Assembly: GCA_963977015.1 (NCBI GenBank) | Contig: CAXBMO010000038.1 | Location: 1-35,979 of the forward strand | Length of the DNA stretch: 35,979 bases | Source: an uncultured bacterium | GTDB lineage: Bacteria > Verrucomicrobiota > Verrucomicrobiia > Verrucomicrobiales > DEV007 | Direction of reading: 5' to 3' | Program-made: the position numbers and the translations under genes | The notes under the pieces: model-generated | What the model was told of the DNA's origin: nothing | The model's input: the letters and a program-made list of their open reading frames with translations, nothing else | Databases searched by the model: none | Shown here: positions 20,501 to 26,996 of the stretch, piece by piece | Position numbering within the stretch: position 1 is the first letter of the stretch | Layout: every line of letters starts with the position of its first letter

Positions 20501-20603
20501 CGGAGAGAAGCGGGCGGATGTCCCGATTGAATTCGACGGCATTGGATGGAGCGGCCGCGAAAACCACCAAAAGGGGTAGAAATCGGCATGGGAACAGGGG
20601 CAT
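17574..20603 (-). CDS. Planctomycete-type cytochrome c (PSCyt1) plus DUF1549 and DUF1553 protein
   Basis: [20 protein letters not shown] (CxxCH), HWSF, [63 protein letters not shown]. Overlaps the DUF1501 gene by 4 bp. Confidence 0.93.
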   Translation of the reverse strand: [1009 protein letters not shown]

Positions 20604-20657
20604 TGGGGATGCGATTCAACGAATCGGTCGCATTCAACACGAATCCGGGGCGGTGAA

Positions 20658-22223
20658 TCAATCAAGAATCGTGCTTTCCCGCCGGTGGCGTCCGATCGTC
20701 AACCAGGTGACCAATTGAATCAGGGCAAAAGCGAGAAATGGTCCCCAGGTGATCCAGGTCAGGGCGGGAAGACCGAGAAACTCAGTGGAAGTCCAGGTGT
20801 AATCGTTGTGAAACTGCAGATAGTAGGCGGAGACAGTCAACATCAGCAGAATCAGACTGGGCGAGGGAAAGAGGCAGAGAAACGGGACGACCCACGCGAA
20901 ATACCACGGAAACGAGGTGGGATTGAGAAGGAAAAGGAGAGCGACAACCCAGAAACACTTCTCCAGAACATCTTCGTGGGTGAAGGACGGAAGGAATGCC
21001 AGGACGAGAATGCTCAAAATGAGGATGACGGCGACGACGATTTTTGCGCGGGCATAGGTCTCACCGCCCATGATCCCATCGATGATCAGGAAAAAGAAAC
21101 TGTTGTTCTGCCAGTCTTGCGAATACGTCAGCAGACCACTGAAGACCCTCGCGAAACCGGCATCCTGCCAAACGATGAACGGCCAATAGCTGCCGATGAC
21201 CACCAAGGCGCAAAGCAGATAAACGAGCCAACTCTGCCATCGTTTTGGGGAATGCAGCACCGGAACGACCAGCGCCCCGAAAAACTTGGTGAGCGTTCCG
21301 ATTCCAGCGGCGATGCCTCCCAGAACGGCGTTTCGCCCGAGTGAAAGGCAGATCGCGAGGAGCAGGAAGAAAATCGGGATCGCGTCATAGTGCGCGGAGT
21401 TGGAGAACTCGACCAGAATGAGCGGCGACCAGGCGTAGAGAATCACGGAAGCCGTCGATCGTTTGAGCAGAATCAAAAGCGCCACGATTAAGCCGATACA
21501 GCCAAGATCGAAAATCAGGAGCATCATCTTCAACCCGAGGAGCGAGTCTTCAAAACACAGGCTCGAAAGCGCGAAAAACCCCTGGGCGGCAGGCGGATAG
21601 ATGGTCGGCACCTGCCAATGCCCGATCCGTTCGTGCAATTGATGGTTGTCGCCGCGAAGTTCCGAAAGGCGCTTGAGATGCACCTCGTCCTGCTCCGTCC
21701 AAGTTCGGCCGTTGAGCACAACGGCGTTGATTTCCGTGGGTTGGGTCAGTCCCTGTTCATGGATGAACAGGGCTGCGGGCTCATAGAGATAGGGATTGAT
21801 CCCATTTTTGAGGGACTTTCCATCCCACAGATAGCGATAGAAGTCATTCTCGTGAATCGGGACGCTGCCGATCATCAGGATCCGAAACCCAATGGCAAAG
21901 AGAACGATCAGCCAGGTAACTTTGGGCGAGGCCCGTTGGTTTTGGAGGAGGAGAAAAACGGGCACCAAGACCAACCACAGCAAAACCTGGAGGATCAGGA
22001 AGGCGACTGTGGGCATGTCGTCGTTGTCCACCTCGTAGTCGAAACCATTTTTCAACTCAGCAACAAAGCCTCGCGTCGATTCCGGCGTGGCGTTGACGAG
22101 ACTGGCGACAAAGTCGGGGTGGAGGCCGCGCGTGATGTCCGCCAGCAAAAACCAAAGCGCCGCACTGAGGGCTCCCCCAAGTGCCACCACGAGGTAAAGC
22201 GTGCCGACGTTTCGTTGTTGCAT
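20658..22223 (-). CDS. GT-C superfamily membrane glycosyltransferase (GT87/DUF2029-like)
   Basis: ENDFYRYLWDG...GINPYLYEP, PTIYPPAAQ, LYAWSPL...EFSNSAHYD, FPWYFAW. ATG 22223 preferred because the TTG at 22241 lies in the terminator U-tract. Confidence 0.85.
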   Translation of the reverse strand: MQQRNVGTLYLVVALGGALSAALWFLLADITRGLHPDFVASLVNATPESTRGFVAELKNGFDYEVDNDDMPTVAFLILQVLLWLVLVPVFLLLQNQRASPKVTWLIVLFAIGFRILMIGSVPIHENDFYRYLWDGKSLKNGINPYLYEPAALFIHEQGLTQPTEINAVVLNGRTWTEQDEVHLKRLSELRGDNHQLHERIGHWQVPTIYPPAAQGFFALSSLCFEDSLLGLKMMLLIFDLGCIGLIVALLILLKRSTASVILYAWSPLILVEFSNSAHYDAIPIFFLLLAICLSLGRNAVLGGIAAGIGTLTKFFGALVVPVLHSPKRWQSWLVYLLCALVVIGSYWPFIVWQDAGFARVFSGLLTYSQDWQNNSFFFLIIDGIMGGETYARAKIVVAVILILSILVLAFLPSFTHEDVLEKCFWVVALLFLLNPTSFPWYFAWVVPFLCLFPSPSLILLMLTVSAYYLQFHNDYTWTSTEFLGLPALTWITWGPFLAFALIQLVTWLTIGRHRRESTILD

Positions 22224-22239
22224 GTGCGGGTTCTGAACC

Positions 22240-22274
22240 AAAAAAGCATCTGTCCGCGCTAACGAACAGATGCT
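22240..22274 (-). terminator. Rho-independent terminator of the EF-hand gene
   Basis: Minus strand AGCATCTGTTCG-TTAGCG-CGGACAGATGCT followed by TTTTT; 12-bp stem with one G-U pair, about 30 bp past the stop at 22303. Confidence 0.8.
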
Positions 22275-22302
22275 CTGGAAAAAGCGGTAGGTTGGGAACC
22301 TC

Positions 22303-22791
22303 CTATTTCTTGGGCTGGGTTGTCGAGCCCTTTTTCAGGCCTGCCGAGCCTTTTTGCGCTGCCGTGGCGGCTGCTGCGGCGCTTGCTGCAGCTTTTTTCT
22401 GCGAAACGGCGGCCAGATATTCGCCTTTGACGACTTGGCCGTCCGGAGTGCCGCTTTCAATGGCATCCAACGTATCAAACACCTTCTTCACCGCAGAACC
22501 ATACTCCTTGAAGGCCACATTCGCGTCGCCGTCCACATCCATTTTTGCAAACTCGGGCAGGGCGAACAAGTCCCATTCAGCGGCTGGCTCGCTCTTTTCG
22601 AACTCCGCCGAAGTCAACGTCTTACTGCGATCCCGATCCAACGCCTGAAACTCACTGACTTTCTTTTGGGCGAATTCGATATAGCGAACGGCCTGATCTC
22701 CATCGGCATCATATTTGGTGAAGTGGGATTCATCGGCAAGCGCAACAGTCGCGAACAGCAGCGAGAGGGAAAGGGCGGTCAGTTTTTTCAT
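22303..22791 (-). CDS. Secreted EF-hand calcium-binding protein
   Basis: Signal peptide; DADGDQAVRYIEF, DRDRSKTLTSAEF, DVDGDANVAFKEY loops; Ala/Lys-rich tail. Confidence 0.85.
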   Translation of the reverse strand: MKKLTALSLSLLFATVALADESHFTKYDADGDQAVRYIEFAQKKVSEFQALDRDRSKTLTSAEFEKSEPAAEWDLFALPEFAKMDVDGDANVAFKEYGSAVKKVFDTLDAIESGTPDGQVVKGEYLAAVSQKKAAASAAAAATAAQKGSAGLKKGSTTQPKK

Positions 22792-22867
22792 GGGGATTGT
22801 GATATTTTCTCTTTCTTTACAGTGTTTGGCTCAGAAGTCGAGTCACCATTCCTACGGCCTCTCATTC

Positions 22868-22892
22868 GAAAAATTCTTGCCGAAAAGTCGGA
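22868..22892 (+). repeat. 25-bp direct repeat, left copy (GAAAAATTCTTGCCGAAAAGTCGGA)
   Basis: Identical to 24410-24434. Confidence 0.95.
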
Positions 22893-23012
22893 ATCTTACG
22901 GTGGGAAAGTGACCGCAGAGGAGAAAATGCCGAGAGCCAGCTACGTCATGGAACAAAAAGGATTGCTTTCATAGTGCCATTTCGTTACCAAAGATCATTG
23001 GAAGGAGTTGAT

Positions 23013-23642
23013 ATGGCACGTAAGAAAGTCTTTATAAGCTACTCGTATATTGACCGGGCTTTTGCGGAGAGTATCCCCGCACTCTTGGAATCCGGAGCCA
23101 ACAAACCCGAAGTCTTTTGTGCGGGGCACAGCCTTGAAGCGGGAGATCAGTTTAAGTCTAAAATCCTGAGAAACCTTAGAGAGGCCGACATTGTGGTGGT
23201 GGTGTCGTCTCACAATGCCGCGAAGAGCGAATGGGTTCTCGCAGAGATTGGAGCTGCGCTTGCTTTCGACAAAGTGATCCTACCCATCTTGTGCGGATGC
23301 ACGATTGAAGAAACGCCCAAGATGTTGCGAGAGATTCACCATGAGGAAAGTGTTGGATCGCTGATCCGTAAGATTTGTAGTCGTTTTGGGGACTGTCCCG
23401 AACCGCACGCCATTGGAAATGCTGTCGTTGCCGGTTCTCGGGTAATGCTCCCCCAGGATACGCCGCCCAGTGCCTACCGCGGAGATGGGAACCGTCCAGT
23501 AGAGTGGACTCCTGAAATGGATCCTTATTTTGGAGCGCAAAGTCCTGTGGCAGAAGTCAGCGAGGAGCTCCGAGCCGCCAAGCTGGAGTGCGATCAGGGA
23601 CAATTCTGGTATGCCATTGAATGGCTCACGATCTTAAACTGA
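23013..23642 (+). CDS. TIR-domain protein with a small C-terminal SH3-like domain
   Basis: KVFISYS...D, SLEAGDQFKSKILRNLREADIVVVVSSHNAAKSEWVLAEIGAALAFDKVILPI. GGAG RBS precedes ATG 23013. Confidence 0.9.
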   Translation: MARKKVFISYSYIDRAFAESIPALLESGANKPEVFCAGHSLEAGDQFKSKILRNLREADIVVVVSSHNAAKSEWVLAEIGAALAFDKVILPILCGCTIEETPKMLREIHHEESVGSLIRKICSRFGDCPEPHAIGNAVVAGSRVMLPQDTPPSAYRGDGNRPVEWTPEMDPYFGAQSPVAEVSEELRAAKLECDQGQFWYAIEWLTILN

Positions 23643-23643
23643 A

Positions 23644-24294
23644 ATGGATATGGACATCATCCCTCTCAAAAAAGAAATGGTCCAAGGGGATAAAGAAACC
23701 CTGGTCGAAGACAATACCCAACAAGGTGATTTGCGCATTGGCTTGGGGTGGGATCCGGCGGCAATCAACTCCAAATTTGAGTTCGACCTCGATCTAAGTT
23801 GTATCCTTTTGCGAACTGATGGTCGTATTCGAGAAGCGGAGGATTTTGTCTTCTTTCACAATCTTGTTTCTCAAGGAGGAGCGGTGCACCACAGTGGTGA
23901 TGATCCTGATGGAACTGTTTCACCAAACGAACACGATGAGGTGATCACCATCACACCGCAAGAAATCGAGCTGGACATCACACGGATCGTTGTATTGGTC
24001 ACCATCTACGATGGCATCGCTCGCAACCAGCACTTTGGCATGGTCAATCGCTCGTTCGTTGATGTTCGGTTCGGCAACAAATTCCTCCAAAACCGGTTCA
24101 ATCTGCAAGATCCCGAGCACTCGGGAAACACGGTAATTAACTGTGGAGAAATCTATCGGGTCAATGAGACCTGGCAGTTCAAAAACCTGAGTCTGTCCTC
24201 TCGCGAGGAAATTCCTCAGGTGTTGACGCGGTATGGTGCGAAAGGGGCCGTGAAGCCACCGACAAAAGCTTGGGTGGAGAACCACCAAATGTAG
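23644..24294 (+). CDS. TerD family protein (orphan, single domain)
   Basis: LRIGLGWD, FDLDLSCILL, EDFVFFHNL...GAVHHSGDD, HDEVITI, VTIYDGIARNQHFGMV, GEIYRVNETWQF. Starts 1 nt after the TIR stop. Confidence 0.92.
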   Translation: MDMDIIPLKKEMVQGDKETLVEDNTQQGDLRIGLGWDPAAINSKFEFDLDLSCILLRTDGRIREAEDFVFFHNLVSQGGAVHHSGDDPDGTVSPNEHDEVITITPQEIELDITRIVVLVTIYDGIARNQHFGMVNRSFVDVRFGNKFLQNRFNLQDPEHSGNTVINCGEIYRVNETWQFKNLSLSSREEIPQVLTRYGAKGAVKPPTKAWVENHQM

Positions 24295-24409
24295 GAGCTG
24301 TTCCGATTTGTTGAATCGTGAGGAGCGATTGGGTCGGCAGGCATTGCTCAGAAAGCCGATTGGAGGAGAGACTTCAAATGCTCCAAGGCGTTTCATTTCT
24401 GAACCGTCT

Positions 24410-24434
24410 GAAAAATTCTTGCCGAAAAGTCGGA
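24410..24434 (+). repeat. 25-bp direct repeat, right copy
   Basis: Identical to 22868-22892. Confidence 0.95.
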
Positions 24435-24472
24435 CTTCCCAACTTCGCATTGTGTGTCAAGTTCCCCGCCTC

Positions 24473-25225
24473 ATGGCAAACCCCGTTTTGAGCGTCCAGA
24501 ATCTGGTCAAGGAATTCGGCAATTTTCGTGCGGTCGACGGACTGAACCTCGAGCTCGCGAAGGGCGAGGTTCTGGGCTTGCTCGGGGCCAATGGCGCGGG
24601 CAAAACCACGGCGATGAACATGATGCTGGGCCTGACCACGCCAACTTCAGGGACCATCGAGATTTTCGGGAAATCGCTGCAGGAACACCGGATCGACATC
24701 CTCCGGCGTTCCAATTTTTCGAGTGCCTACACCAATCTGCCCGGAAATCTCCTCGTGGAGCAAAATCTCATCGTAACGGGGCACCTCTACGGACTGGACC
24801 GCATTCGCGAGCGCGTGGATGAGATGCTGGAACTCTTTGAGGTGGCCCATTTGCGGAAGCGACCCACGGGGCATCTCTCGGCCGGAGAGGGGACGCGGGT
24901 GAACCTTTGCAAAGCCTACCTGAACCGCCCGGAATTGCTCTTCCTCGATGAACCAACCGCGAGTCTGGATCCCGATGTCGCGGACAAGGTCCGCAAGATC
25001 ATTTGTCGCAAGCAGGCCGAGTCCGAAACCTCAATCATCTACACCAGCCACAACATGCGCGACATCGAAGAGGTATGTGATCGCGTCATCTTCGTTCACC
25101 ACGGCAAGGTGATCCGAGAAGGAACGACGGCGGAGATCAAGGCCGGTTTTGAAGAAGATTCGCTCGAAAACGTGTTTATCCGAATCGCAAGGAGCGGAGA
25201 TCTGAAGGAGAAGCCCTATGTTTAG
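24473..25225 (+). CDS. ABC-2 type transporter ATP-binding protein
   Basis: Walker A GANGAGKTT, signature LSAGE, Walker B LLFLDEPTASLDP (ELLFLDEP), TSHNM. ATG 24473. Confidence 0.95.
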   Translation: MANPVLSVQNLVKEFGNFRAVDGLNLELAKGEVLGLLGANGAGKTTAMNMMLGLTTPTSGTIEIFGKSLQEHRIDILRRSNFSSAYTNLPGNLLVEQNLIVTGHLYGLDRIRERVDEMLELFEVAHLRKRPTGHLSAGEGTRVNLCKAYLNRPELLFLDEPTASLDPDVADKVRKIICRKQAESETSIIYTSHNMRDIEEVCDRVIFVHHGKVIREGTTAEIKAGFEEDSLENVFIRIARSGDLKEKPYV

Positions 25226-26012
25226 TGGAATTTACGGAATCGTCCTGCGCTATCTTTATCTCTATACGCGCAATCCCCTGCGCGCCTTTGAGTTGTTCTT
25301 TTGGCCGGTCATCCACATCATGTTGTGGGGCTACGTGATGCAGTATCTTCAATCGGTCGGCGCGGGATCGTCGGCCGTTCCCATCGCCTTTCTTCTGGGT
25401 GGGGTCCTCCTCTGGGATGTCCAGTTTCGCGCCTCTCAGGGAGTTTCCATTTCCTTTTTGGAAGATGTCTGGACGCGAAACCTCTTGAACATCTTTGTCG
25501 CGCCGGTCCGGACGTCTGAAATGGTGGCGGGCATGTGCATCGTCGGACTTTTGCGCGTTGCGGTGACGATGCCGCTCCTCCTGTGCATGGCCTACTTCGC
25601 CTTCCAGTTTAATCTCTTTTCGATGAGCTACTGGCTCATTCCCTTCTATGGAAGTCTGCTCCTCTTTGGGTGGGCGCTGGGGATTCTCGGCAACTCGCTG
25701 ATCCTCCGATGGGGCCAGGCGGCCGAAGGACTGGTGTGGGCTCTGCCCTTTGTTGTGCAGCCGATCTCGGCCATTTTCTATCCGGTGTCGATTCTGCCGG
25801 CTTGGCTTCAGCCGCTTTCGCACGCCATTCCGGTCTCGCATATCTTCGAGGGGATGCGGGATGTGCTGGCGGGAAATTCAGACATCGCGCATCGTCTTGT
25901 TTGGGCTTATCTGCTCAACCTCATCTGGCTGTTGGCTGCCGGAGCAATCATGGCGTCCGTCCTCAAAACCGCGAGAGAACGAGGACTCCTCGTCAAGGTC
26001 GCCACCCAGTAG
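25218..26012 (+). CDS. ABC-2 type transporter permease
   Basis: About 6 TM; FLEDVWTRNLLNIFVAPV, SAIFYPVSILPAWLQ...P.SHIFEGMR. Overlaps the ATPase stop. Confidence 0.92.
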   Translation: MFSGIYGIVLRYLYLYTRNPLRAFELFFWPVIHIMLWGYVMQYLQSVGAGSSAVPIAFLLGGVLLWDVQFRASQGVSISFLEDVWTRNLLNIFVAPVRTSEMVAGMCIVGLLRVAVTMPLLLCMAYFAFQFNLFSMSYWLIPFYGSLLLFGWALGILGNSLILRWGQAAEGLVWALPFVVQPISAIFYPVSILPAWLQPLSHAIPVSHIFEGMRDVLAGNSDIAHRLVWAYLLNLIWLLAAGAIMASVLKTARERGLLVKVATQ

Positions 26013-26018
26013 GTAGCG

Positions 26019-26993
26019 TCACAACATCAGCATACAATCTCCGTAGCTGTAGAAGCGATACTTCTCCTCGACCGCTTTCGCATACGCTTCCAATACCAAT
26101 TCCCGACCCGCGAACGCGCTGATCAACATGAGCAAGGTCGACTTCGGCAAATGGAAGTTGGTCAACAGGGCGTCGACGACCTGAAACTGATACGGCGGGT
26201 GGATGAAAATCTGCGTTTCGCCCGACTGAGGCTTGAGCGGAAGGCCTGCTTTGGCGCAGTGCTCCAGAACGCGAACCACCGTCGTTCCAATCGAGATCAC
26301 GCGGGTTGCTTCTCCGATTTGCGCCGCTGCTTCCGCCGTGAGGTCGAACCACTCCGAGTGCATCTCGTGATTCGTCAAATCCTCCTCTTTCACCGGCAGA
26401 AAGGTGCCCGCCCCAACATGGAGCGTCACAAACGTGTGGTTGAGCTGGCTTACCATTTCGGGTGAGAAATGCAGTCCCGCCGTGGGGGCGGCGATGGCGC
26501 CTTCCCGCCTGGCGTAGACGGTCTGGTAGCGTTCGCGATCTTCCGCCGCATCCTCGCGTCTCATGTAGGGAGGGAGCGCGAGATGCCCGTGCGTTTCCGC
26601 GTCGGGAACCTGATCGAACGCAATCACGCGATGGCCGTTCTCCAAAATGCTCTCCACGGTTCCGGTTGCCTCGCCGATCTCGACGGTCCGGCCCAGCTTC
26701 ATTCGCCTGCCCGGTTTCACCATGCATTCCCAGCGGGTTGGACTCTCCTTCGCGATCTGCAGCAACTCCACCTTGCCATCGTTCGAGAAGAAGCGCGCCG
26801 GAATCACGCGGGTGTCGTTGAGAACCGCCAGGTCGTCCGGTTCAAGGAAGTCCAGGAAGTCGCGGAATTGCCGGTGCTCGATCGAACCGGATTTCCGATC
26901 GATCACCATCATGCGCGAATCCTCCCGCCGTTCCGGCGGTTGGGAGGCGATCAGTTCAGAAGGTAGCTCGTAATCAAAATCGGCAGTTCGCAT
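26019..26993 (-). CDS. queA: S-adenosylmethionine:tRNA ribosyltransferase-isomerase
   Basis: DFDYELPSELIASQP, NDTRVIPAR, LPPYMRR, YQTVYA, AAPTAGLHF, TLHVGAGTF, TNFHLPKSTL, YRFYSYGDCML. Confidence 0.98.
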   Translation of the reverse strand: MRTADFDYELPSELIASQPPERREDSRMMVIDRKSGSIEHRQFRDFLDFLEPDDLAVLNDTRVIPARFFSNDGKVELLQIAKESPTRWECMVKPGRRMKLGRTVEIGEATGTVESILENGHRVIAFDQVPDAETHGHLALPPYMRREDAAEDRERYQTVYARREGAIAAPTAGLHFSPEMVSQLNHTFVTLHVGAGTFLPVKEEDLTNHEMHSEWFDLTAEAAAQIGEATRVISIGTTVVRVLEHCAKAGLPLKPQSGETQIFIHPPYQFQVVDALLTNFHLPKSTLLMLISAFAGRELVLEAYAKAVEEKYRFYSYGDCMLML

Positions 26994-26996
26994 GAC

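Noticed and set aside
16141-20603. PSCyt1/DUF1549/DUF1553 plus DUF1501 pair as a novel system
   Set aside because: Function is unknown, but this is a well-known, highly paralogous gene pair in PVC genomes.
23644-24294. Tellurite-resistance operon
   Set aside because: Only one terD-like gene; terA, terB, terC and terZ are absent from the window.
24308-24472. N-terminal extension of the ABC ATPase
   Set aside because: It runs through the intergenic repeat; ATG 24473 gives a normal 250-aa ATPase.
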